NCBI GenBank assembly: GCA_963815825.1
Contig: CAWFII010000016.1
Location: 14,932-78,931 of the forward strand
Direction of reading: 5' to 3'
DNA: 64,000 nucleotides
Source: an uncultured Actinomycetota bacterium
Lineage (GTDB): Bacteria; Actinomycetota; Actinomycetes; Propionibacteriales; Nocardioidaceae
The position numbers and the translations under genes were made by a program. Shown piece after piece: positions 1 through 8,573 of the stretch (positions within the stretch are counted from its first letter, which is position 1; the number at the start of each line of letters is the position of its first letter). Below the pieces are notes generated by a model. The model was given only the letters and a program-made list of their open reading frames with translations, ran no database searches and was not told the origin of the DNA.

Positions 1-1026
1 GTCCTCGAGCGCCACCTCCACGGAGCCGGCCACCCAGGCATGGATCCCGTGCCCCGCGAGCAGCGAGACCGCCTTGTCGGCATCCTCCGGCGCGGTCAGC
101 GAGACCATGCCCACGCCACAGTTGAGCGTCCGCTCGAGATCCTCCCGACTCACCCCACCGGTCCGTCCCACCAGGGAGAACACCGGGGGCAGCGACCACG
201 TCGTCCGGTCCAGGCGGGCGGAGAGCTCCACGGGCAGCACGCGCTCGAGGTTGGCGGCGAGGCCGCCCCCGGTGATGTGGGACATTGCGTGCGTCTCGGT
301 GTTCTTGGCGAGGTCGAGACACGGCTTGGCGTAGATCCTCGTCGGCTCGAGCAGCTCCTCGCCGAGGGTGCGACCGAGGTCGTCGACGTGCTGCTCGAGG
401 CGGAGCCTGCCCTGCTCGAGGAGCACGTGCCGGACCAGGGAGTAGCCGTTGGAGTGCAACCCGCTGGAGGCCATCGCGATCACCACGTCGCCGGGACGCA
501 CGCGACCGGGACCGAGGAGCTGGCCGGCCTCGACCACGCCGGTGGTGGAACCGGCCACGTCGTACTCGTCAGGGCCCAGCAGGCCGGGATGCTCGGCGGT
601 CTCGCCACCGATCAGCCCGCAGCCCGCCGCGACACAGGCCTGCGCGATGCCCTTGACGATCGCCGCGATGCGTTCGGGCACGACGCGACCGGTCGCGATG
701 TAGTCGGTCAGGAAGAGCGGCTCCGCTCCGCAGACGACGAGGTCGTCGACCAGCATGCCGACCAGGTCGAACCCGATGGTGTCGTGCTTGTCGAGCGCCT
801 GCGCGATCGCGACCTTGGTCCCCACGCCGTCGGCCGAGCTGGCCAGCAGCGGCTGCTTGTAGGACTTCAGGGCGCTGGCGTCGAAGAGCCCCGCGAAGCC
901 GCCGATCCCCCCGATCATCTCCGGGCGGCGGGCCTGGTCGACCCAGACCTTCATCAGCTCGACGGCTCTGTCGCCGGCCTCGATGGAGACCCCGGCCTGT
1001 TCGTACGTCGCTCCGCTGCTGTTCAT
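1..1026 (-). CDS. purM: Phosphoribosylformylglycinamidine cyclo-ligase (AIR synthetase), 3' end runs off the window
   Basis: Not in the ORF track because no stop lies in the window. Manual translation from ATG at 1026: MNSSGATYEQAGVSIEAGD...DGVGTKV...GGETAEHPG...SSGLHSNGYSLVR...HITGGGL, all PurM motifs. Directly downstream of purF. Confidence 0.96.
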   Translation of the reverse strand, partial: MNSSGATYEQAGVSIEAGDRAVELMKVWVDQARRPEMIGGIGGFAGLFDASALKSYKQPLLASSADGVGTKVAIAQALDKHDTIGFDLVGMLVDDLVVCGAEPLFLTDYIATGRVVPERIAAIVKGIAQACVAAGCGLIGGETAEHPGLLGPDEYDVAGSTTGVVEAGQLLGPGRVRPGDVVIAMASSGLHSNGYSLVRHVLLEQGRLRLEQHVDDLGRTLGEELLEPTRIYAKPCLDLAKNTETHAMSHITGGGLAANLERVLPVELSARLDRTTWSLPPVFSLVGRTGGVSREDLERTLNCGVGMVSLTAPEDADKAVSLLAGHGIHAWVAGSVEVALED

Positions 1027-1084
1027 GCTGGGGCCACTTCTCCTCGTCGGACCACGTCGTGGTCGGTGGGTCGGGGCCAGGACC

Positions 1085-2659
1085 TCACGGTCGGCCGAGA
1101 GAATCGGGCGCACCGCCGCCGGCCAGCGAGACCTCGAGACCATCGACGTCGAGCAGCGGTGCGATCTCGAGCAGGTGCTTGCCGAGGAACTCGGGCTCGG
1201 GCAGCTTCACGGGATAGACACCGTCGAAGCAGGCCCGGCAGAGCTTGTCCTTGCTGACCGAAGTCGCCTCGACGAGCTGGTCGAGGGAGATGTAGGCCAG
1301 CGAGTCGGCGCCGATCGAGGAGCAGATCTCCTCGGTCCCGAGCCCGTTGGCGATCAGCTCGGCGCGGGTGGCGAAGTCGATGCCGTAGAAGCAGGGCCAC
1401 TTCACCGGCGGGCTGGCGATCCGGACGTGCACCTCACGGGCGCCCGCCTCGCGGAGCATCCGCACGAGCGCTCTTTGGGTGTTGCCGCGCACGATGGAGT
1501 CGTCGACCACGACGAGGCGCTTGCCCTCGATCACGTCGCGCAGCGGGTTGAGCTTGAGCCGGATGCCGAGCTGGCGGATGGTCTGGCTCGGCTGGATGAA
1601 CGTGCGGCCGACGTAGGAGTTCTTCACCAGTCCCATGCCGTAGGGGATCCCGCTCGCTTCGGCGTACCCGATGGCGGCGGGGGTGCCCGACTCGGGCACC
1701 GGGATGACCAGGTCGGCGTCGGCCGGGAAGTCCCGGGCCAGGCGGCGACCGATCTCGACGCGGACGCTGTGGATGCGCTGGCCGGAGATGCGGGTGTCGG
1801 GACGGGCCAGGTAGACGAACTCGAAGAGGCAGCCCTTGGGCGCGGCCTCGGCGAAGCGGCGGGTCCGTAGGCCGTGCTCGTCGACGGCGACCATCTCGCC
1901 GGGCTCGATCTCGCGGACGTAGGAGGCACCGACGATGTCGAGGGCCGCGGTCTCGCTCGCGATCACCCAGCCGCGCTCGAGGCGGCCGAGCACGAGCGGG
2001 CGGATGCCTTGCGGGTCACGGGCGGCGTACAGCGTGGACTCGTCCATCCAGACGAACGAGTAGGCGCCGCGGAGCTTGGGCAGCAGCTCGACCGCGCGTT
2101 CCTCCAGCGAGCTGTCCGGGTGGTGGGCGAGCAGCGCAGTGACCAGGGAGGTGTCGTTGGTGCTGGTCTCGAGCTTGCGAGCGCTGATGTCGAGCTCGTT
2201 GCGCTCGATCGGCATCTCGGCGACGAGCTGCTGGAGCTCGCGGGTGTTGGTCAGGTTGCCGTTGTGGCCCAGTGCAATGGAGCCGTCGGCAGTGGGACGG
2301 AACGTCGGCTGGGCGTTGTGCCAGGTGCTGGCGCCGGTCGTGGAGTAGCGGGCGTGGCCGACGGCGACGTGGCCCTTGAGTGCGGCCAGGGTGGACTCGT
2401 CGAAGACCTGGGAGACCAGGCCCATGTCCTTGTAGACGAGGATCTGATGGCCGTTGCTGACCGCGATCCCCGCTGACTCCTGGCCACGGTGCTGCAGCGC
2501 GTAGAGGCCGTAGTACGTCAGCTTGGCGACCTCCTCGCCGGGAGCCCAGACACCGAAGACACCGCAAGCGTCCTGGGGTGCGCGGTCCTGGGGGTCGAGG
2601 TCATGGGTCAGGCGGCCGTCTCCACGACGGCGGCCCCCTTGAGTCTCCGGGGTGGCCAC
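1085..2659 (-). CDS. purF: Amidophosphoribosyltransferase
   Basis: ACGVFG N-terminal nucleophile Cys after a propeptide, LQHRGQESAGI, GHARYSTTG, PRPP-binding VVVDDSIVRGNT, PCFYGID. Leaderless-type -10 TACACT 7 nt before the GTG. Confidence 0.98.
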   Translation of the reverse strand: MATPETQGGRRRGDGRLTHDLDPQDRAPQDACGVFGVWAPGEEVAKLTYYGLYALQHRGQESAGIAVSNGHQILVYKDMGLVSQVFDESTLAALKGHVAVGHARYSTTGASTWHNAQPTFRPTADGSIALGHNGNLTNTRELQQLVAEMPIERNELDISARKLETSTNDTSLVTALLAHHPDSSLEERAVELLPKLRGAYSFVWMDESTLYAARDPQGIRPLVLGRLERGWVIASETAALDIVGASYVREIEPGEMVAVDEHGLRTRRFAEAAPKGCLFEFVYLARPDTRISGQRIHSVRVEIGRRLARDFPADADLVIPVPESGTPAAIGYAEASGIPYGMGLVKNSYVGRTFIQPSQTIRQLGIRLKLNPLRDVIEGKRLVVVDDSIVRGNTQRALVRMLREAGAREVHVRIASPPVKWPCFYGIDFATRAELIANGLGTEEICSSIGADSLAYISLDQLVEATSVSKDKLCRACFDGVYPVKLPEPEFLGKHLLEIAPLLDVDGLEVSLAGGGAPDSLGRP

Positions 2660-2707
2660 GCGGCTGAGTGTACGTGTCGGCGGGGGTGGATCCCGACGGG
2701 GCGCGGG

Positions 2708-4186
2708 CTACTCCCGGCCTGCCAGGTAGGACAGCACCGAGAAGGCCGCCGCCAGCGAGAAGAAGGCACCGCCGACGGTCGGGGAGAACAGCATCGGCGC
2801 CGTGGTCAGCAACAAGATGTCGAACCCCCGGACGATGCTGCCGTAGAGGTTCGTCGGCACCCCTCCCGCCGGGGTGGTCACCAGCGGGCGGCTGTAGTCC
2901 GGCGGGCGTCCGGTCACCCAGCGCACCGCACCGGCCAGAGCGCAGGCGCCGACGGCGAGGCCGAGCACGATCGAGTCGGCCCAGGTGAGGGCGAGCCCGT
3001 GGCCGAGCGCCGGGAAGGTGGCGAGCCCGAAGAGCAGCATCGCCGTACCCGGGACGGCGAGCGCGCTCTGCCGGGTGACGGAGACCGGGAACGGCATCGC
3101 CCGGGCCAGGCTCGGCGTACGGGTCACCACGCGGAGCCCGGTCAGCAGCGGCAGCCCCGCCGCGAAACCCGCGAGGGCGCTGACCAGGACCACCACGCGT
3201 CCGGCGCCGGCGGCCTCGGCCGCGTAGGGAACCACCACCGCGGCCGCGAGAAGCACCACGGCCTGCGGGCTGCGCCTGAGCCTGCTGAGGTCGCACCAGA
3301 CGAGCGCTGCGCGGCCGCTCGGGCCACCGCGACGGGAGCGCACCGCGTCATGGGCGTTCCACCGGTGGGCGAGCAGCACGTCGTAGACCAGAGCCAGGTC
3401 GAGGGTGGCCAAGGCCCCCGACAGCCCCGGGGCGAGCGAGCCGCCGGGGGCGACGTCGTGCGTGCGGAGGCGGCCGAGACGGCGTACGGCGAGCAGCAGC
3501 ACCGCGAGGCCGGCGAGCCCGACGACCGTCACCACGAGCCACCCTCCGCCGGGCAGCGAGGAGGGCGGCGCCGACGTCGGGCCGACGTGCACGGCCACGC
3601 CGACGAGCGCCATCCAGACCAGCAGGCCGAGGAGCCACGTCAGCAGCCGGGCACCGGTCCCCCGCCCGGCCTGCGACAACGCAGCCAGTCCCACCCCCGC
3701 GAGCGCCAGCACCGAGACGGCGCCGGTGAACGCCAGCAGCGGGGCCGGTCCGAAGCCCCCGAGCGTGCTGGCTCCGGCTGCGAGCAGGCCCCCCGTGAGA
3801 GCAGCCAGCGCGGCGGTCCAGAGCAGGCGCGGGCGCAGCACGGCGGCCCGGTCGATCGGCGTACCCAGGAGCCACGAGCCGACCGCCGGTGGCACGAACA
3901 CGGGACCGAAGAGCCGCGCGACCGAGAGCACCAGCGCCAGCACGCTCAGCCCCACCAGCCAGGGAAGCAGGGTGCGGGCCTCGTGGCACCCTCCCGTGGT
4001 GCACCGCTCGTCACTGACGAGGCGGAGGTTCACCACGACGCTGACCACCATCGACCCGAGCAACGACGTCGCGAAGACCAGCACGTAGGCATCGCCCAGG
4101 GCGTCGATGATCTTGGTGTCCACCCGACCGTGACGCCAGTGCCGGATGTCGCCGCGGAGCTCGCGGACCTCGCTCCTGCCGCTCAT
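2708..4186 (-). CDS. Multi-pass membrane protein, DUF6297-like putative ABC permease
   Basis: Many hydrophobic segments; coupled to the upstream ABC ATPase; resembles the actinobacterial DUF6297 family from memory. Confidence 0.7.
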   Translation of the reverse strand: MSGRSEVRELRGDIRHWRHGRVDTKIIDALGDAYVLVFATSLLGSMVVSVVVNLRLVSDERCTTGGCHEARTLLPWLVGLSVLALVLSVARLFGPVFVPPAVGSWLLGTPIDRAAVLRPRLLWTAALAALTGGLLAAGASTLGGFGPAPLLAFTGAVSVLALAGVGLAALSQAGRGTGARLLTWLLGLLVWMALVGVAVHVGPTSAPPSSLPGGGWLVVTVVGLAGLAVLLLAVRRLGRLRTHDVAPGGSLAPGLSGALATLDLALVYDVLLAHRWNAHDAVRSRRGGPSGRAALVWCDLSRLRRSPQAVVLLAAAVVVPYAAEAAGAGRVVVLVSALAGFAAGLPLLTGLRVVTRTPSLARAMPFPVSVTRQSALAVPGTAMLLFGLATFPALGHGLALTWADSIVLGLAVGACALAGAVRWVTGRPPDYSRPLVTTPAGGVPTNLYGSIVRGFDILLLTTAPMLFSPTVGGAFFSLAAAFSVLSYLAGRE

Positions 4187-4193
4187 GGCCGGC

Positions 4194-4868
4194 TCACCCC
4201 ACGGACCCCACGTCGACCACGCGGTCGGCCACCGCCTCGACGAGCAGCGGGGCGTGGCTGGCCATCAGGACGGCCAGGCCCTCGGCCTTCTCGCGTCGCA
4301 ACCGCTCCGCCAGCCACTCCAGGCCCGCGGCGTCGAGGCGCTGCTCGGGCTCGTCGAGGATCAGCAGCCGCCGCGGCCGCACGAACGCGCTGGCCAGGGC
4401 CAGCCGACGCTTCTGTCCCGAGGAGAGCGTGCCCGGCAGCTGTCCTGACTGCGGCAGCAGCCCGACCTCGTGCAGCACGTCGTCGACGACCGACTCGGCA
4501 TCAGGGACCCGGTGTGCCTTGGCGAACAGGTCGAGGTGCTCGACGACGCTGAGGTCGGGAAAGAAGTCCATGTCGTCCATCACGACGGCCAGGTCCGAGC
4601 GCACCTTCGGCGAGCGCTCGTCCAGCGCCTGACCATCCAGCTCGATCGTTCCGGACGTCGGCTTGTCGGCGCCGGTGATGCAGCGCAGCACCGTGGACTT
4701 CCCGGCTCCGTTGCGACCGACGAGCGCGACAGCGGTGCCGGCCGCGACATCGAGGTCGAGGCCGTTGACGACGTCCACCTCCCCGAACCGCCGCACCAGC
4801 GCACGGACCTGGAGCAGCGCGGGTGTGGCCGTACGCTCCTGCTGCTGCTTGTTCTTGCTCGAACCCAC
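4194..4868 (-). CDS. ABC transporter ATP-binding protein
   Basis: Walker A GRNGAGKST, signature LSSGQKRR, Walker B LLILDEP, H-loop SH. Start chosen at GTG 4868 (approximate). Confidence 0.93.
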   Translation of the reverse strand: MGSSKNKQQQERTATPALLQVRALVRRFGEVDVVNGLDLDVAAGTAVALVGRNGAGKSTVLRCITGADKPTSGTIELDGQALDERSPKVRSDLAVVMDDMDFFPDLSVVEHLDLFAKAHRVPDAESVVDDVLHEVGLLPQSGQLPGTLSSGQKRRLALASAFVRPRRLLILDEPEQRLDAAGLEWLAERLRREKAEGLAVLMASHAPLLVEAVADRVVDVGSVG

Positions 4869-4994
4869 GACGGTCAGCGTCGCAGACGGACCCCACCGAG
4901 CCAGAGTCCCCCCGGACACCCCCCACGCCGACCGGGCAGTTCGAGCACGGTCCGCACGATCGCCCTCCCGCGGACTGCCCGCTCGGCGTCGGGG

Positions 4995-5789
4995 CTAGTC
5001 GGGCCGGCCGGGCCACAGGGCGGCACACGCGGTGAGCGCCCGTTCCAGGGTGACCGGGTCGGCGGCGACCACGAGGCCCGCCGATGTCGTGCGCGCTCCG
5101 TAGGGGGTCCCGTCCCGGTGGGACGCGGCGCCCCCGGCCTCGCGGAGCATCAACGTGCCGGGAAGGTGGTCCCACGGGTTGGTGTGCCCGTAGAGGACGT
5201 AGTCGGTCTCGCCCTCGAGCAGCTTCGGGTAGTCCACACCGCAGCAGATCCACGTCCCGATCAGCGTCGGCAGTCCCTCGGGCTGGCGACCGCGCCGCGA
5301 CCAGATCGAGGTCGCTCCCTGGGGCTGCTCGCCGGCCGGCTCGCGGAGGACCGGCTCGCCGTTGCGTCGTACGCCGCCACCCTGCTCGGCGACCCACGCG
5401 GTCTCGTGCTCCGGCTGCCAGATCCAGCCGCGCACCGTCTCGCCGTCGATGACCTCGCTGACCATCACGGCGTGGTCGGGCGAGCCGTTGACGAAGTTCT
5501 TGGTGCCGTCGACGGGATCGACCGTGAACCCGTGCCCGGCGGCCCGGAACCGGTTCATCAGGTCCTTGTCCTCCGCATAGGCCTCCTCGCCGAGCACGAC
5601 GGCCTCGGGGTAGGCCTCGAGCAGCGCGCGGGTGATCAGCTCCTCCGCCTCGTGGTCGGCGACGGTGACCAGGTCGCCGGGTCGCTTCTCGTCGATCTGG
5701 GACGCCGACAGCGAGCGGAAGCGCGGCGTGATCACCTCGGCCGCTACGGACCTCAGCAGCTCGAGGACCTCCTCGGTCGCGAGAGGCAC
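4995..5789 (-). CDS. Inositol monophosphatase family protein
   Basis: DLVTVAD, GEE, VDPVDGTKNF and WD motifs. Confidence 0.92.
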   Translation of the reverse strand: MPLATEEVLELLRSVAAEVITPRFRSLSASQIDEKRPGDLVTVADHEAEELITRALLEAYPEAVVLGEEAYAEDKDLMNRFRAAGHGFTVDPVDGTKNFVNGSPDHAVMVSEVIDGETVRGWIWQPEHETAWVAEQGGGVRRNGEPVLREPAGEQPQGATSIWSRRGRQPEGLPTLIGTWICCGVDYPKLLEGETDYVLYGHTNPWDHLPGTLMLREAGGAASHRDGTPYGARTTSAGLVVAADPVTLERALTACAALWPGRPD

Positions 5790-5792
5790 GAC

Positions 5793-7139
5793 TCAGCCCG
5801 CCAGGTTGACCAGGAGCAGGGCCTCGGCCAGGCAGACCCGCTCGAACTCGGCGAGGTGCAGGCCCTCGTTGGCGCCGTGCGCGCGGGTGTCGGGGTCCTC
5901 GACCCCGGTGACGAGCACGCTCGCCTCCGGGAAGCTCTCCAGGAACTCGGCGATGAACGGGATCGACCCACCCACGCCCATGTCGATCGGACGGACGCCG
6001 TCCCATGCCTGCGCGAACGCGTCCCGCGCCGCGTCGTACGCCGGACCGGTCGCATCGATCTTGGTCGGCTCACCGGTGTCGACCACGGTGAAGCTCAGCT
6101 CGGCACCCCAGGGCACGTGGGCCTCGAGGTGCTTCCGGAGGCACTCGAGGGCGTTCTCGCTCGTGTCGCCGGGGGCGATCCGGAGGGAGATCTTGGCGCG
6201 GGCGCTGGCTACGAGGGTGTTGCTGGCGCCGTCCACCTTCGGTGCGTCAAGGCCGGTGATCGTCAGGGAGGGCTTGGTCCACAATCGCTCGACCGAGGAT
6301 CCGGTGCCGATGAACTGCACGCCCGGCGCGATGCCCGACTCCGCGAGCAGGCGCTCCTCGGGGTAGTCCACGTCGGCCGCAGAGGTCGAGTGCAGCCCGG
6401 CGACGGCCACACCGCCCTGCTCGTCGTACAGCGAGGTGATCAGTCGACTCAGCGCCATCAGCGCGTCCGGCACGAGACCACCCCACATCCCGGAGTGGAC
6501 CGCATGGGTGAGGGTGCGTACGCCGATGTCGACACGGACCAGCCCGCGGAGGCTGGTGGTCAGTGCCGGCACGCCGATGTCCCAGTTGCTGGAGTCGGCG
6601 ATCACGATCACGTCCGAGCGGAGGGTCTGCTTGTGCTCGCGCAGCAGGTCGGCCAGCGTGTCCGAGCCGACCTCCTCCTCGCCCTCGATGAACATGGTCA
6701 CGCCGACGTCGAGGTCCTCGCCGAGGGTCCGGATCGCGGCCAGGTGGGCCACGATGCCGGCCTTGTCGTCAGCAGCGCCACGCGCGTAGAGGCGCCCGTC
6801 GCGCTCGGTGGGCTCGAAGGGCGGGGAGTCCCACTCGGCATGGTCGTTCTCGGGCTGTACGTCGTGGTGGGCGTAGAGCAGGACGGTCGGCTTCCCTGCG
6901 GGAGCCGGCTTGCGCGCGATCACAGCAGGAGCGCGACCGTCCTCGCAGGCACTGACGATCCTGGTGTCCTCGAAGCCCTCGGCCCGGAACAGCTCCGCCA
7001 CGGCCTCGGCGCTGCGCTGGACCTCGGCTGCGCGGGACGGGTCGGCGCTGACCGACTCGATGCGCACGAGGTCCTCGAGGTCCTGGCGGATCCGGGGGAG
7101 CTCGGCCTGCAGCCTCGAACGCAGCTCGTCGATGTCCAT
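5793..7139 (-). CDS. M20 family dipeptidase/metallopeptidase
   Basis: LLYAHHDVQP, ARGAADDKAG, IEGEEE, GGSIPF, HGANE motifs. -10 TAGGGT 6 nt before the ATG. Confidence 0.93.
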   Translation of the reverse strand: MDIDELRSRLQAELPRIRQDLEDLVRIESVSADPSRAAEVQRSAEAVAELFRAEGFEDTRIVSACEDGRAPAVIARKPAPAGKPTVLLYAHHDVQPENDHAEWDSPPFEPTERDGRLYARGAADDKAGIVAHLAAIRTLGEDLDVGVTMFIEGEEEVGSDTLADLLREHKQTLRSDVIVIADSSNWDIGVPALTTSLRGLVRVDIGVRTLTHAVHSGMWGGLVPDALMALSRLITSLYDEQGGVAVAGLHSTSAADVDYPEERLLAESGIAPGVQFIGTGSSVERLWTKPSLTITGLDAPKVDGASNTLVASARAKISLRIAPGDTSENALECLRKHLEAHVPWGAELSFTVVDTGEPTKIDATGPAYDAARDAFAQAWDGVRPIDMGVGGSIPFIAEFLESFPEASVLVTGVEDPDTRAHGANEGLHLAEFERVCLAEALLLVNLAG

Positions 7140-7300
7140 GGCTCGACCCTATGGCGTCGATCCGGTGGCCGCCGAACTGCCTCCTGCGCTCCCCCACGCT
7201 GAGCTTCACGGGGCTCACACAGCGCCAGGACAGGGCCCGCGGAAGTTGGGTGCCGATGCTGCACGGGAAGCACCTCGCCGAGGTGCCTGGAAGGAGAAAC

Positions 7301-7735
7301 ATGAAGTCACGCACCAAGGTCAGGACCGCAGTGGCAGGAGGTGCTCTCCTCCTCGCAGGTTTCGGTGGGGGCGCCGTGCTCGCGGCCACGGGCTCCGCCT
7401 CGGCCGCCACCACGGCGGTCGGCAGCGGCGTCAGCACAGCGGTCAGCAAGATCGACCCGACCAAGAGCATCAGGTCGGACGAGCACCTGCTGACCGGCAC
7501 CACAGCGAGCAAGGTCACGGCCGCCGCGCTGGCGAAGTACCCCGGAGCCACCATCCAACGGGTCGAGACCGACTCGGACGGCGTCTACGAGGCGCACGTC
7601 GTCACCAGCGACGGAGCGCAGGTGATCGTGCAGGTCGGCAAGGACTTCGCCGTGACCGGCACCCAGACCGGCGGGCACGGTGGCGGGCACGAGGGCGGGC
7701 CGGGTGACGGGCCTCAGGGAGGCCAGGGCGTCTGA
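7301..7735 (+). CDS. Secreted PepSY-like protein with a Gly/His-rich tail
   Basis: RBS AAGGAG, signal-peptide-like N-terminus, ALAKYPGATIQRVETDSDGVYEAHV resembles a PepSY repeat. Confidence 0.65.
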   Translation: MKSRTKVRTAVAGGALLLAGFGGGAVLAATGSASAATTAVGSGVSTAVSKIDPTKSIRSDEHLLTGTTASKVTAAALAKYPGATIQRVETDSDGVYEAHVVTSDGAQVIVQVGKDFAVTGTQTGGHGGGHEGGPGDGPQGGQGV

Positions 7736-7809
7736 CCGGCCGGAGTGGGTGCCCTGCCGTCGGATGGCGGCGGCAGGACACCAGCTCAAGGCGGAGGCCG
7801 AGCCGGTGC

Positions 7810-8163
7810 TCAGTCGAGCAGCGGGAGGTACGGCGAGAGATCGGCCCGCTGGCCTGAGGCCCTGATCCGTCCATCGGCGAGCGCGCTCGCCCAGCTCACC
7901 TCTCCGGTCGCGAGCGCGACCCAGGTCGCTCCGTCCAGCTCGACCACCGCGGGCGGCGTACCCCTGGTGTGGCGGACGCCCGGGATCACCTGGGCAGCGG
8001 CGTACGGCGGCACGCGGACCTCCACCGAGTGACCCGGCGCCTTGATCGACAGCACGGCCAGGAAGTGCTTGCTCAGCAGCTTCAGGTCGGCTCGGCTGGG
8101 TTCGTCACGGGCCAGCGCCTCGGCCACGGCTGCCGGGTCCTGGAGCTGGAGGTGGCTGGGCAC
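7810..8163 (-). CDS. Bacterial sterol-carrier-like (SCP orthologue) protein
   Basis: PGHSVEVRVPPYAAAQVIPGVRHTRGTPPAVVE...SGQRADLSPYLPL. This family commonly lies between purL and purF in actinobacteria. Confidence 0.85.
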   Translation of the reverse strand: MPSHLQLQDPAAVAEALARDEPSRADLKLLSKHFLAVLSIKAPGHSVEVRVPPYAAAQVIPGVRHTRGTPPAVVELDGATWVALATGEVSWASALADGRIRASGQRADLSPYLPLLD

Positions 8164-8172
8164 CCCAGCACG

Positions 8173-8337
8173 CTATCCGGCTGCACGCAGAATGGTGTCA
8201 GCGCGCAGGGTGGTCCCGCAGCGCGGGCAGTGCGCCGTGTGGCACAGCTCCAGCGCTTGGCCACAGCCACAGGTCGACTCGGTCGCTTGGAAGGTCGAGG
8301 TCGTCGGACCAGTCGGCCTCTGGATCAGCGTCGTCAC
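8173..8337 (-). CDS. 54-aa Cys-rich small protein (CxC-x6-C-x4-CPRC), possible Zn-binding
   Basis: RBS AGGAGG 6 nt before the GTG at 8337. MTTLIQRPTGPTTSTFQATESTCGCGQALELCHTAHCPRCGTTLRADTILRAAG. Confidence 0.7.
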   Translation of the reverse strand: MTTLIQRPTGPTTSTFQATESTCGCGQALELCHTAHCPRCGTTLRADTILRAAG

Positions 8338-8544
8338 GGTGCACCTCCTGTGGCCGGTCCGGCGTCGGGCGTGCAAGGCATTCGTCGCCGACCCCAACTT
8401 TGGATGTTCTGCTTCGGGGGCAGGGTCTCGGTGCCTTCATATCTGGGGGGCTGGAACGGCTCGGTTGCCTGTGGTCGACGTGGCATCCGAGGTTCTGAAA
8501 CTATTTCGAATTCCCTTCCACAGCAGGGGATTCTCGACCTGGGG

Positions 8545-8567
8545 TTGTCAGTGGTCGGTGCTTGAAT
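8545..8567 (+). promoter_or_regulatory. PafBC/RecA-NDp-like DNA-damage promoter
   Basis: TTGTCAGTG-N8-TTGAAT, 6 nt before ATG 8574. Consensus tTGTCRgtg-N8-TAnnnT, with one mismatch in the -10. Confidence 0.6.
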
Positions 8568-8573
8568 TCACTC

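Noticed and set aside
8500-8515. Possible LexA SOS box upstream of the DUF222-HNH gene (tctgaa-acta-tttcga)
   Set aside because: The left half-site matches TCGAAC poorly; the PafBC-type motif explains the promoter better.
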